Source: Lama guanicoe (Eukaryota). Taken from it: 64,000 nt of DNA. How positions within the stretch are numbered: the stretch's first letter is position 1; each line of letters begins with the position of its first letter. A program made the position numbers and the translations under genes. The stretch covers positions 12,373,413-12,437,412 of the forward strand of contig MU053934.1 in the NCBI GenBank assembly GCA_013239625.1, given 5' to 3'. The notes under the pieces are model-generated. The model worked only from the letters and a program-made list of their open reading frames with translations, ran no database searches and was not told the origin of the DNA. Of the stretch, positions 36,083 to 49,330 are shown in pieces.

Positions 36083-38080
36083 TTGTAGATCTCTTTTTTT
36101 GTAGGTCTTTCTTTCTTTTTGTTCTCTTATGGTTTGATGACTGGAGAAGGTCCTTTAACATTTGTTGTAAAACTGGTTTGGTGGTGCTGAATTCTGTTAA
36201 CTTTTGTTTATCTGTGAAGCTTTTGATTTCTCCATCAAATCTGAATGAGAGCCTTGCTGGATAGAGTATTGGTTGTAAGTTTTCCCCTTTGATAACTTTA
36301 AATATGTCATGCCACTCCCTTCTGGCCTGTAGAGTTTCTGCTGAAAAAATCAGCTGATAACCTTGTGGGAGTTCCCTTGTATGTTATTTGTTGCTTTTCT
36401 CTTGCCAATTTTCATATTTTCTCCTTATCCTTAATTTTTATCCATTTGATGACTATGTGCCTGAGTGTGTTCCTCTTTGAGTTGATCCTGTGTGGAACTC
36501 TACACTTCTTGGACTTGGGTGACTGTTTCCTTTCCCAAGTTTGGGAAGGTTTCAGTGATTACTCTGAAAATTTTCTCAGGTCCTTTGTCTCTCTCTTCTC
36601 TTTCTGGGACCCCTATAATGTGAATGTTAGTGTACTTCATGTTGTCCCAGAGTTCTCTTAAACTAGCCTCATTTCTTTTCATTCTTTTTCTTTGTTCTGT
36701 TCTGTGGTAGGGATTTCCACTAATCTGTCTCCTATCTTATTGATCCGTTCTTCTGCCTCATTTAGTCTGTTCTTGGTTCCTTCTAGTGTGTTATTCATTA
36801 CAGTGATTTTATTCTTCAACTCTGGATATTCTTTATGTTTTCCAACTCTTTGCTAAAAACTTCGCTCTGTGCATCTATACTCCTCTTGAGTTCTCTCAAC
36901 ATCTTGACCATCATTACTTTAAACTCTTTCTCAGATAAATCACCTATCTCCTCATCACTTATTTCTTCTGGGATTTTATCTTGTTCCTTGGCCTGGGAGA
37001 TATTCCTCTGCTGCCTCATATCATCTATCTTTCTATTTGTATTTTTAGGTAGGTTAGTTACATTTCTTGACCTTGGAAAGGTGGCCCTCTGTGGGAGAGG
37101 TCCTATGCGTCCCAGCAGTACACTCCTCTCTTGTCACCCGAGGGCCAGGGTCCTGTTGGTCCCAGGGTAGAGTCTGGCCTGTGTTTGTGGATTCCTTCCA
37201 CAGGCTTTGGGATTGCTGTTTTCTTGTTTCTGGCATCTGCCCCTGGTGGGTGAGGCTGGACTAGAGGCTTATGCAGGTTTCCTGGCAGGAGGAGCCGGGG
37301 CCTGCACACTGCTGGATGGAGCTTGGTCCTGGACCTCTGGTGAGAAGGGCTGTGTCTAGAGGCCTCTGTGGCTCAGGAAGTCTGCTGATGGGTGGGCCTG
37401 TGCTCCCACCCTGTGTGTTATTTGGCCTGAGGCTTCCCTACAGGCTATTGGGTAGGGCTAGGTCTTGGTGCTAATGATCCAATCAAGATGTCAGCCCCCA
37501 GGAAAGTTCATGTACATGAACACTCCTGGAATGTCTGCCACCAGCTTTTATGTCCCCTGGGTGAGCCACAGCCATCCCTCATGTCCCCAGGAGACCTTCC
37601 AAAACTAGCAAGCTGACCTGGCCCAGGTTCCTATGAAATCACTGCCTCTGCCCTTGGACCTGGTGCACGTGACTTTCGGTGTACACTTCCCAAGAGGGTG
37701 AAGTCTCTGTTTCCCCCAGTCCTGTGGGGCTCCTGGCACCAAGCCCCGCTGGCCTTCAAAACCAGATGTTGTGGGGTTTCCTTCTTGTAGTGCCAGAACC
37801 TCGGACTGGGGAGCCTGACGTGGGGCTCAGAACTCTCCTGCGACTTAACTGTTCTTCAGCTTGTGGGTCGCCCACCCAAGGGGTATGGGGCCCAATTTTA
37901 TCTCAAGCATACCCCTCCTACTGTCCTGCTGTGGTTCCCTCTTTGTGCTTCCAGTTGCAGAAGATCTTTTTCGCTAGGTTCCAGTCTTTTTTTTTGATGG
38001 TGGTTTAGAAGTCAGTTGTGGTTTCATTGTAGTCACGAGGAGAGGCAAGCTCGTGTTCCTACCCCTACGCCATCTTGTAT
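36083..38080 (-). mobile_element. L1 5' UTR plus disrupted ORF1
   Basis: YY1 motif CAAGATGGCG at the 5' end (38068-38077); ORF1 peptides MRQQRNISQAKEQDK... (start 37019) and EASLRELWDNMKYTNIHIIGVPE. Confidence 0.88.
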
Positions 38081-38099
38081 TTATTTTCTTCTTTTTTAA

Positions 38100-38255
38100 T
38101 TTATTTTTTACTTTATTTTTAAAACTTTTTTTGTGGGGGAGGTAATTAGGTTTATTTACTTATTTACTTGTTGTTGGAGGTACTGGGGATTGAACCCAGG
38201 ACCTCATTCTTGCTAAGCATGTGCTCTACCACTGAGCTATTACCCCCCTCCCCCC
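38100..38255 (-). mobile_element. Vic-1-like tRNA-derived SINE
   Basis: A box (tagctcagtgg), B box (ggttcaatcc), A-rich tail. Confidence 0.85.
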
Positions 38256-38599
38256 GCAACGAGGTAGTTACTCTTAATATTCCTGTTCATATTCAAATGA
38301 GAGCACCAAGGCATAAACAAATTAAGTAACGTACCCAAGCTAGCACTTAATAAGTGGAAGAGCCAAGACTCAGCTTAGGGGGTCAGACTCCAGGGGGTGA
38401 CCCTGCACATGGTAGTTTGCACTTAGCATAGAATTCAGAGGACACTAAAGAGAGTGTATCATTTTCCTTCTGTCCTTCGGCCGTCTTTCTCTTGGAAATC
38501 ATGTCTTGTCCATAACAGCAAGCAGCCCTCTTCTTTTTAACACAGAATGTACCATCTTCTATGTCTTTACAAATATTCCACCATTTAAGAATTATTCAA

Positions 38600-39860
38600 G
38601 AATATTTTACACCCAATGAAATGTAGATATACTTATATACTGAAGTATATGTTTGGTGAATTTTCACAAATGTATACACCTGTGTGTTTATTAGTCCTGT
38701 GACGATACAGAACATTTCTATGATCCCTAAAAGTTTCTTTGTGTCTCTTTTCAGTTATTACAGTCATCCTTCAAAATCCCAAGGCAACAATTGTTCTAAT
38801 TTCTGTCATTACAGATTAGTTTCGCAGGTCCTGAACTTCACGTAAATGGAATCATATCATATGTGCTCTTTTGTGTCTGTTTTCTTTGCTCTGTGTAATG
38901 TTTTTGAGGTTTATTGATTTTGATGGCTATATCTATAGTTTGTGCCTTTCAAGTAGTATACATGTGTGTGAAAATACAATTTATCTCTTTTCTTAGTGAT
39001 GGACATTTGAGTTGCTTTCACTTTTTGGCTGATGTGACTAAAGTCATTGAAAATTATTGTACATGTCTTTTGGGGACATACTATTTCTTTTGGGTAAATG
39101 TCTAGGAGTGGAATTGCTGGGTCATAGTATAGATATATGTTTAACTTTTTTAGAAACTGCCAAACAGTTTTCCAAACTGATACCATTTTTTACTCCGCTA
39201 GTAATATATAAGCATTTTAGTTTCTCCACATTGATATCAAAACACTTGATGTTGTCAGTCTTTTTAATTGTAAATTACGTGGTAGTGGTATTTTGTTACG
39301 GTTTTAATTTGCATTTCTCTGATGAATAACAACGGTGAGCAACTTTTCATGTGCTTATTGACCATTTTATATCTCTTGTGAAGTGTCAGTTCTTTTGCCC
39401 ATTTTTTTGTTGGATTGTCTTTATTATTCAGTTTTAGAAATCAAAAAAAATTCTGGTTGTGAGTCCTTTATGATGTGTGTGTGTACATACATGTATAGTG
39501 AGGGAGTGGGAGGAGGAGAGGAAGTGAGGGGTGAATATTTTTTCCTATTTTATGGTTTGCCTATTTAAAAAAAATTGAGGGGAGGGGTAGTTAGGTTTAT
39601 TTATTATTTTTTTAGAGGAGGTGCTGGGGATTGAACCGGAGACTTCACACATGTTAAGCATGCCCCCTACCACTTGAGCTACACCTTCCCCCTGCCTATT
39701 GTTTTCAATGGTGTCTTTTGATGAACGGAAAATTTTAATTTGGTTGAAGTTAAAATTTGTCATTATTTTCTTTTTATGTTTATTATGTGTTGTAAGAAAA
39801 TTGTACCTGTATTGGGATTGTGAAGACACTGTCCCATTTTTTGTTTTTGTAGAGGCTTTA
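38600..39860 (-). mobile_element. Ancient L1M 3' region
   Basis: WKTVWQFLKKLNIYLYYDPAIPLLDIYPKE peptide. Confidence 0.8.
39566..39692 (-). mobile_element. Vic-1-like SINE with 8-bp TSD
   Basis: A/B boxes; TSD tgcctatt at 39558-39565 and 39693-39700. Confidence 0.85.
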
Positions 39861-39967
39861 CAGTGGTGGTGTTTTTTTTTTTTTTAACTTAACACAATCT
39901 AAATTTATTGCCTTTGTTCTGCACTCCAGGGAAGGTTCCTCTCACCCTGGAACCCAGATTCCTTCCA

Positions 39968-41968
39968 CTTTTATTTTTTAATTTTTATTTATTTATTTAT
40001 TAAACATTTTTTATTGATTTGTAATCATTTTACAATAGTGTCAAATTCCAGTGTACAGCACAATTTTTCAGTTATACATGAACATATATATATTCATTGT
40101 CACATTTTTTCCTCTGTGAGCTACCATAAGATCTTATATATATTTCCTTGTGCTATACAGTATAATCTTATTTATCTATTCTACTATTTTGAAATTCCAG
40201 TCTATCTCTTCCCACCCCCACCCCCTTGGCAACGACAAGTTTGTATTCTATGTCTGTGAGTCTATTTCTGTTTCGTATTTATGCTTTGTTTGTTTGTTTG
40301 TTTGTTTTTTAGATTCCACATATGAGCGATCTCATATGGTATTTTTCTTTCTCTTTCTGGCTTACTTCACTTAGAATGACATTCTCCAGGAGCATCCATG
40401 TTGCTGCAACTGGCATTATGTTGTCGGTTTTTATGGCTGAGTAGTATTCCATTATATAAATATACCACATCTTCTTTATCCAGTCATCTGTTGATGGACA
40501 TTTAGGCTGTCTCCATGTCTTGGCTATTGTAAATAATGCTGCTATGAACATTGGGGTGCAGGTGTCTTTTTGAAGTAGGGTTCCTTCTGGATATATGCCC
40601 AGGAGCGGGATTCCTGGGTCATATGGTAAGTCTGTTCCTAGTCTTTTGAGGAATCTCCATACTGTTTTCCACAGTGGCTGCACCAAACTGCATTCCCACC
40701 AGCAGTGTAGGAGGGTTCCCTTTTCTCCACAGCCTCTCCAGCATTTGTCATTTGTGGATTTTTGAATGATGGCCATTCTGACTGGTGTGAGGTGATACCT
40801 CATCGTAGTTTTGATTTGCATTTCTCTGATAATTAGTGATATTGAGCATTTTTTCATGCGCCTACTGATCATTTGTATGTCTTCCTTGGAGAATTGCTTG
40901 TTTAGGTCTTCTGCCCGTTTTTGGATTGGGTTGTTCATTTTTTTCTTATTGAGTCTTATATATTCTGTTTATATATTCTGGAGATCAAGCCTTTGTTGGT
41001 TTCATTTGCAAAATTTTTTTCCCATTCCGTAGGTTGTCTTTTTGTTTTACTTATGGTTTCCTTTGCTGTGCAGAAGCTCGTAAGTTTCATTAGGTCCCAT
41101 TTGTTTATTCTTGCTTTTATTTCTTCTAGGAGAAAATCTTTGAGATGTATGTCAGATAATGTTTTGCCTATATTTTCCTCTAGGAGGTTTATTGTATCTT
41201 GTCTTATGTGTAAGTCTTTGATGCATTTTGAGTTTATTTTTGTGTATGGTGTAAGGGAGTGTTCTAGCTTCATTGTTTTACATGCTGCTGTCCAGTTTTC
41301 CCAACACCATTTGCTGAAGAGACTGTCTTTATTCCATTGTATATTCTTGCCTCCTTTGTCAAAGATTAGTTGACCAAAAGTTTGTGGGTTCATTTCTGGG
41401 CTCTCTATTCTGTTCCATTGGCCTATATGTCTGTTTTTGTACCAATACCATGCTGTCTTGATAACTGTAGCTCTATAGTATTGTCTGAAGTCTGGGAGAG
41501 TTATTCCTCCAGCCTCTTTCTTTCTCTTCAGTAATGCTTTGGCAATTCTAGGTCTTTGATGGTTCCATATAAATTTTATTATGACTTGTTCTAGTTCTGT
41601 GAAATATGTCCTGGGTAATTTGATAGGGATTGCGTTAAATCTGTAGATTGCCTTGGGCAGTGTGACCATTTTAACAATATTGATTCTTCCAATCCAAGAG
41701 CATGGGATATCTTTCCATTTTTTAAAGTCTTTAATTTCCTTCATCAATGGTTTATAGTTTTCTATGTGTAATTCTTTCACCTCCTTGGTTAGATTTATTC
41801 TTAGGTATTTTATTACTTTGGGTGCTATTTTAAAGGGGATTGTTTCTTTACTTTCTTTTTCTGTTGATTCATCGTTAGTGTAAAGAAATGCAACTGATTT
41901 TTGAACGTTAATCTTGTAACCTGCTACCTTGCTGAATTGTTCGATCAGCTCTAGTAGTTTTTGTGTGG
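39968..41968 (-). mobile_element. Relatively young 5'-truncated L1 (ORF2 C-terminus, 3' UTR, A tail)
   Basis: ORFs 40956-41780 and 40309-40938 give near-intact L1 ORF2 peptides ([18 protein letters not shown]..., [18 protein letters not shown]); AATAAA at 40010-40015. Confidence 0.95.
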
Positions 41969-44408
41969 TATAGGGGTAGCTTTGTATTCAGGTTTATCAT
42001 TCCTCTTCTTTTTAACAACTTAATTGAGATACAAATGATTTACAATAAAGTACAGATGTTTAAGTGTAAAATTTGATGAGTTTTGACATATGTAGACACC
42101 TGTGAAATCATCACCATAGTCAAGTTAGTGAACGTAACCATCATCTCTCAGATTTCCTCTTACCCCTTTGGGGGTCCCTCCCTCCCACCCTTTTTTGCCC
42201 CTCCACCTCCAAGCAAATACTGATCTCCTTATGAATGATCCATCTTGCATTATTTTTTGTGTGAGGTGGAAACAGGGTACATTTCCGCCCACGTATGCAT
42301 TATACAATCATTCTGGTGTCATTTGTTGAGAAGACTCTATCCATTGAATTGTGTTGGAGGCTTTGTTATAAATTAATTGTATATATATATGCAGGCTTAT
42401 TTTTGGGCTTTCTCTTACGTGCCATTGGTCTGTTTTTCTATGCCCGCACCATGCTGTCTTAATTGCTGTAATTTTACGGTCATTCTGGAAATCAGGTAGT
42501 GTAAGACCTCCACCTTTACTCTTGTACAAAGTCATCTTGCCAGTTTTGTAATAAGCTCTTAAACTTGTATGGAAATTTTTGTTAGGAGTTTGGCTGGGAT
42601 TACATTCAATATATAGATCAACTTTAGAATTGAGGTATTAACTTCAGGTTTTCTGATCTGTGCACATGGTATATCTCTCCATTTATTTAAATTTTCTTTA
42701 ATTTTTCTTAGCAATGTTACAGTTTTTGATGTGAAGTTACACTTTTTTCATTCAGTATGTTTGTAGGTATTTAATATTTTTGACATCATTTAGAATATTT
42801 TTACATTGTTTTTCAATTATTTGTTAATGTGCAAAAACACAGTTGGTTTATGTATACTGAACGTTACCCTGCAACTTTGTTCAATTCACTTGTTTTCACA
42901 ATGGGTTTGTATATTCCTTTGGGTTTTCTATCTACATAATCATATCATTGGCAATAGGGACAGTTTTACTTTTTCTTTTCAATTGTTATGCCTTTCATTT
43001 CTTTTTCTTTATTGTGCTAGCTAGAAACTCTAACATAGTGTTGAATGGAAGTGGTGATGATGGGCTTTCATGGTTGAGAAGGTTGCCTTTTAGTCTTATT
43101 TTATGAAATGTTTGTACCGTGAAAGGGTGTTAGATTTTGTCAGAGGCCTTTTCCTCATCTGTTGGGATGTTGATTTGGTTTCTGTCCTTTATTCTATCAA
43201 TATAATGTGTCGTGTTAATTGATTTTCAGGTGTTATGGCAAATTTGCATTCTTAGGATAAATCCCCTTGGTATGGGGTATATAATCCTTTTGAAACATGG
43301 CTGGATTTGGTTTGCAGTGTTTTGTTAAAAAGACTTATGTATATGTGTTCATAAGAGATATTTGCATATGACTTTTTTTTAATTTTGTATGATATCATTG
43401 ATTTTGGTATCAGTGTAATACCAGCCCCATAGAATAAATTGGGAAGGTCTTGCATCCCTTTTTGTAGGTTGGGTTGCTATATGGGATCATTTTCCTTCAG
43501 CCCGAAGCACTTCCTTCAGTATTTATCATATTGTGGGTGTGCTGGGGACAGGTTCCCTCAACTTTTGTTTGCCTGAAAAAATATTTACCCTTTAGTTTTG
43601 AAGGCTATTTTTGCTAGATATAGAATTCTAGGTTGACAGCTTTTTTCTTGTAGCACTTTGGAAAAGTTATTCCATTGTCTTTTTAGCTTCTGTTGCATCT
43701 GATGAGGAGTCTTTCATTCTTACTTTTGTTCACCTGGGATCTTTTTTTTCCTGCTGTGTTTAAGATATTTATTTATTTTTATTAAATTCTTTATTAATTT
43801 TCTCTTCAATTTGACCATAATTTTCTAGGTATGCTGTTTTTATATTTATCCTTCTTGGGATTTACTTAGTTCCTTGGATCTGTGGGTTGATATATTTAAT
43901 CAGTTTTGGAAACTTTTTGACTATTGCCTCTTAAATATTTCTTTGCCTCATAATCTTTTTCCTCTCTCCTTGGTATTCCAGTGATACCTATTTTCGATTG
44001 ATGTTGTCCCATAGGTTTTGAATAACTGGTATTAAAATTTTTTTTCTCTCTTTGTTTACATTTGTATATTTTCTCGTTATCTATTTTCAAATTCATTGCT
44101 TGTCTTCTTTGTTCTCATTCTGTTATTAATTCTATCCAGTGATGTTTTAATTTTAGTTTCAGACACTGTACTTTTCAGTTCTAGAATTTCCTTTTGGTTC
44201 TTCTTTCAAGTTCGCATTTCTCTGCTAATACTCTCTTCCTGTTCATTTCTTCTGTCCTCTTTCCCCCAAATCCTTTAACATATTTGTAATTGATGTTTTG
44301 AAGTTCTCATCTGCCAGTTCCAGTGTATACTTGTTTGTGGGTCCTGTAGATTGTTTTTTCTCTTGATCATGGGTCACATTTTTCTGCTTTGCAGTTCTAG
44401 TAATTTTT

Positions 44409-44548
44409 GTTTGTTTGTTTGTTTTGGGTGGGGGAGATATTAGGTGTGTGTGTGTATGTATCTGTTTTTAATGGCGGTGCTGAGGATTGAACCCAGGACC
44501 TTGTACATTCTAAGCACACACTGTTCCACTGAGCTATACCCTCCCCAC
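44409..44548 (-). mobile_element. Vic-1-like SINE with 12-bp TSD
   Basis: TSD ctagtaattttt at 44397-44408 and 44549-44560. Confidence 0.88.
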
Positions 44549-45688
44549 CTAGTAATTTTTTTATTGCATAATAGACATTTTGGATGATATATTCTAGAAA
44601 CTGTTTTAGGTTATCTTTCCATAAAGAGTGTTGAGTTTTGTTAGCGTAGACTGTTACATTACCAGAAGATCATCTTGATCCTGTAGAAGGTTTTCTAGAG
44701 TGGATCTGTTTTGGTTTCACACTAAATTTTAAGGCATAGCCTTTAATTCTGGTACATGGTTTTTACTTGTAAGGCATGGCCCTTCTTGAGTTTTAATAGA
44801 AAATCCTTCTAATTTAGTAGAATTTAAACTCCAAATTCTGTCTTCACAGTGCCGGACAGCTGCTGAAATCTTTGCTTAGCTCTTTCACCTCACAACAGCT
44901 GTTTTCTGCTCAGTTTCTTTTTTTTTTCTTTCTTTTCCAGCTTTGTTGAGATATAATTGACAAATAAAATTTTAAGATATTTGAAGTATATCATGATTTG
45001 ACATATGTATACACTGTGAGAGGATTCTTCCCGTCTAGTTGTCATATCCAGTCATACATACCTGTGTGTATGTGTGTATACATCCATGTATACATATATG
45101 TATATATACACACATTTACAATGAGAACATTTAAATTCTACTCTTTCAGCAAATTTCAATGATACGGTGCATTGTTATCAACTGTGGTCACCAAGTAATT
45201 TAAAAAGTAGCTATGTTGAGAGTTGAGGAGCAGGATGAAGGGACAGGGTGGGTGAGGCTTCTGTCTGGTGCACTCTTCTGAGGTTCTTTTACAAAGTTTG
45301 GACTATTTTTGGCTGTAATTTCGTGTATTTTTATATACTATTTCCTCATATTTCATTGGGATTTCAGTAACATGTATGGTGGACCATTTAATATTACATA
45401 GGTCACTGAGGCTTTATTCATTTTTAAAAAAGCCTTTTTTCTTTCTTCTCAGATTGCGTGGTTTCTCTTGATCTTTTTTAGGTTCACTGACACTTTCAGT
45501 CTCCAGTTTTTTATTAAGTTTATCCAGTATATAGTTTTATTTCAGACATTGTATTTTTTAGTTCTATAATAGTCGTATGTTTTTCTGTGGTTTCATTACT
45601 GTGCTGAGATTTTTATCTTTTCACTCATTATCACTATCTTTTCCTTTAAGTCCTTGAACTTGTTTTTTGTTATTATTGTTATTGTTAC

Positions 45689-45715
45689 GATGATGATGAT
45701 GATGATGATGATGAT
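45689..45715. repeat. (GAT)9 microsatellite
   Basis: Direct observation. Confidence 0.95.
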
Positions 45716-46910
45716 GAATTCCACCATCTGAGACATCTTGGGATCTAATAGTTGCTTTTTAATTTTAAAAAATTACACATTTTCCTCCTGCTTTATGTCT
45801 TATTTATTTTTTTAATTATATGTTGATACCTTGATTATGGCTTGAGTTTTCTTCTGGTACATAGTTAAATTACTGGAAGATCTTTTTGGTCCTGTCTGGC
45901 TTGGTTTTATTCTTTGAATAGGTGTGTTTTGGTTTTGAACTTAGTCTTTGGGTGTGGCCTTTGCTCCAGGTTGTAATTTCTACTCTGCAGGTGTGGCTTT
46001 ACTGGCCTTATGCAGCGGGGTGCCTGAGAGCGCTCCATGAGGTTTTCCATTCTGCCTGGATTGGGACTCCAACACGTCCCAGGCCTGCAGGACATCTAGT
46101 GTCTAGGTTCAGCTCTCAGTCCCACTGCTCCCCGCTGAGCAGGTGTGTGGGGCTGCGACACCCGTTGTGTAGTTTTGACTTTGGTAAATATTTAACATAG
46201 GTAGAAAACAAAATTAAAGAAGAAACAATAACAAAAAAGCAATTCCCTCCAATTGAACAGAAACACAAACAAGTGGACCTAACTGCACCAAGTTGGAGTC
46301 ATAATCACACCGGGAAACTACTTCAGGAAAAGAAGAGGAAGTTGGTTGTAAGCGTACGCAGTGGTCTTTAGTACTAAGTAACTGTTATTGTGAAGCGAGT
46401 GCAACTGTATTATAAGTTAGAGCACATTAGAAGTTGTATGAATCTTGTTCATAAACAAGACTTGCAACAGAAGTCTGAGCTACTTAGGGTCTACATGTTA
46501 GGCTCTAAATCCCTCTTCCAGCCAGCGTGTGCTTCTAGCCACGTTGTTAGCTTTGTGACCTTGAGTAATGGAAATGCAAATTAAGATGAGGATTCCACTT
46601 CACACACACCAGAATAGCAAAAATGAAGAAGTCTGACCATACCACCATGGGTAGGCAGTCTGGGGGAACAGGAATACGGTGGGAGGATGTATTGATTTCA
46701 TAAAGCACTTTGGAGAGCAATTTAGTAACATCTAAACTTGAAAGCATCTGTCCTGTGACCCAGCAATTTCACTGTCAGGCAAAGCAGAAGGATGCGTATT
46801 CAGAATGTTCAGGGCAACCTTGATGATGGTAATAAATCATAAACGACCTAAAAGTACCTCAGTAGGGAAATGGGTAAAAAGTGCCTTCTTATGTGAAGGA
46901 ATAGTGTATT

Positions 46911-46950
46911 TAAAATGAAAGAATTAAAGCTAAAATGAAAGAATTAAAGC
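46911..46950. repeat. Perfect 20-bp tandem duplication (taaaatgaaagaattaaagc)x2
   Basis: Direct observation. Confidence 0.9.
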
Positions 46951-49089
46951 TAGGTGTATCAATATAGGTTAGTTCTGAAAATACAAAATTGAGCTTAAGA
47001 CAGTTGGAGAGCACCCATATGTGTTATGAAAGTATTTAAATATATTCTTAAAGCAATGTTATTACTTATGGTTACATAAGTAGCAAAACAATGAAATTAT
47101 GGGCACTGCAAATTAATGATTATCTCTGGAGGAAGAGGGTTGAATGGTTTGTGGATTTCCCAATGTATTAGAATTTTTTTTTTAAGTAGGTGGCATATGT
47201 GAGCAAATGTTAACATTTACTAAATCTCAATACATGGAATTTGTTTTATTTCTCTCTGGAGCTTTTTTATTTAAAACTTTTTTCATAATTTAAAATAAAT
47301 AAAAATACTTAAAACTAGGTTATTATAACGTAGTGATTCTCTAGAGGAGGCATAAACAGACTCTTATGAGAGCACCGAGGAGGCCTCAGAAAAGCCTGAT
47401 GAAAGTGGTTGTCGTTGAATTCCAGGCAAGGAGGGAAGGTGGGACAGCGAGTGTTGCGGCCATGGAAGACCCAGTGCCGAGGTGTCAGCTGTGAGGGACA
47501 CGCAGCATATGCAGGAGATGTAAATGCGGTGTGGTTGGGGAGTTGGGTGGGGCTGAGGAAGGAAGGCCTCAGTGGTGATGTGTGGCGGCCCCGTTTAACG
47601 TGTCCTGCTGTTGAGGCTCACAGTGTGCCCTCTGTTCCCTTTCCTCTTTTGCTGCCTTTCTTTGGATTAAGGGTGTATTTACGACTCTTTGGGGTCTTTG
47701 TGTGTCTTTCAGGCCTCTGTGTAACACGTCTACTCTGCCCTCTAGGCTGTGAGCGTGTGGAGGTGTGACAGGTGTTCGTGTGTCCCTGCCTCTTCTCCAC
47801 CGCCAGAGTCGCTTCTGGGCTTCCTCGTGTGCCTGCCACTTTTGATTAGATGCCAAGATGCTGTGAATTTTGTCTTGTTAGTTACTGAGTATTTTTGTAT
47901 TTCTGTAAACATTCTTGACCTGTGTTCTGGGATGTGGCTAAGTAACTTGGAAACAGTTTGATTCTGTGGGTCTGGTTTTTAGGTTTTGTTAGGCGGGACC
48001 AGAGTCATGTTGAGTCCAGGGCTCATTTTGCCCCACCTTCTGAGTACTTTGTCCAATGCCCCGAGGATTAGAAAGTTTTCACTGTGACTGGCAGGGGGAG
48101 TACCTTTCTCTGGCCCCGTGTGACCTTGGGGGATCCTTCCCACTAATCCCTGGTTTGGGTTCCTTTCTCACACACATGCACTGATGTGTACCTGGCTGGA
48201 GACAGCAGATCTTCATTGCTGTCTGTGCAACTCTGTCCCCTCCAGTGCCTGACCTGTGAACTTGAGCGCCTTGGCCTCCCTGGCCTCCCAAGGCTGTTTC
48301 TTCACTTTAGGAGACAGCTGGAGCCCACCACGTCCCTCTGCTGTGACCCAGGACTACTTGTCAGGCAGAAAGTTAAAGGGCCCTTCTTGTTTTCCTTCTG
48401 TCAGGGATCACTGTTCTTCATTGCCTGATAGCCAGTATCTTCAGAACCATTTCATGTGTTTATAAATCTGGTCCCTGTTACTTCGTCTTGGCCAGAAGCA
48501 AAAGTATCAAAATCAGGTACTTGAATGAAGTTACTAGGTAGCGTGGAACATACTCATGGGCTCCGCAAGAGTGCTGACCCCTTCTTGCTTGGGATGCCTC
48601 GGGGGACAGCAGAGGCGGGCCTTTCCTGGGTGGACATCATGGGAGTCCATGTGTTTAGGGAAGGAGTTGGGGACAGGGCTTGGGAGAAAAGTTTCACAGG
48701 AAAACCCAGGCTACAGGGTGAGATCCTAAGGGCCTGCTGAGAAGGAAGACCCAGCAGCGCCTGGGCTGGAGGATCAGGTGACCAAAGGCTGGTACCTGCA
48801 GTGGGAGGGTGTGGGGATGGTGACGCTGTCAGGAGTGCGAGTGTGGGTGGTGCTTGGGGTATGTGCATCTGAGGAGGAGGTGTCACTCAGTCCCCGGCGG
48901 CACGTCCCTCCTGATGCCCCGGCTGTGTGGCGCTTGTCAAAAAGGTGTATGTTACAAAAGCTCTGGTTCACAGTCAGAATAAACAGGCCTAAGGCTCCTT
49001 ATAGAGGTACTTTCTTACTTTGAAACTGTGTGAAATGCTAAAAAACCAATTTTGAATTATTTAGCTTAGTAATTATGGAATGTTAGATG

Positions 49090-49330
49090 TGCCAACTTTA
49101 AAAATGAAACAGCCTGTTATTTTACCAGAAAAATGGGTTTATTTGAGTGTAGCAGAGAATTGCAATTTGGGACAGCCAAGTTATAGCAAAAGCCATGGAC
49201 AATTCCCATAAACAAAGCAGAGGAACATTATAGAGAAAAAGGAAGAAGTTGAGAGGGGCTGTTTTGAACAGAAGTCCATTGGAGGAAAGTGAGAGTTCAG
49301 AGTGGTAATGCTTTCTCACTGACTAAGCTG
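49090..49330 (-). mobile_element. LTR fragment related to 24328-24684
   Basis: Shared ttgcaattct...aataaac...ctggtaaaataac(t/a)ggct...ttaaagttg(a/g)ca 3' end. Confidence 0.6.

Larger units (their letters stand above)
42000..45950 (-). mobile_element. Fragmented ancient L1M/L1ME cluster
   Basis: GGLTLPDF...IKTAW and LFYGAGITLIPK remnants; T-rich degenerate ORF1/ORF2. Confidence 0.7.

Noticed and set aside
40309..41780. 209- and 274-aa ORFs as host genes
   Set aside because: Broken L1 ORF2 C-terminus of a 5'-truncated element.
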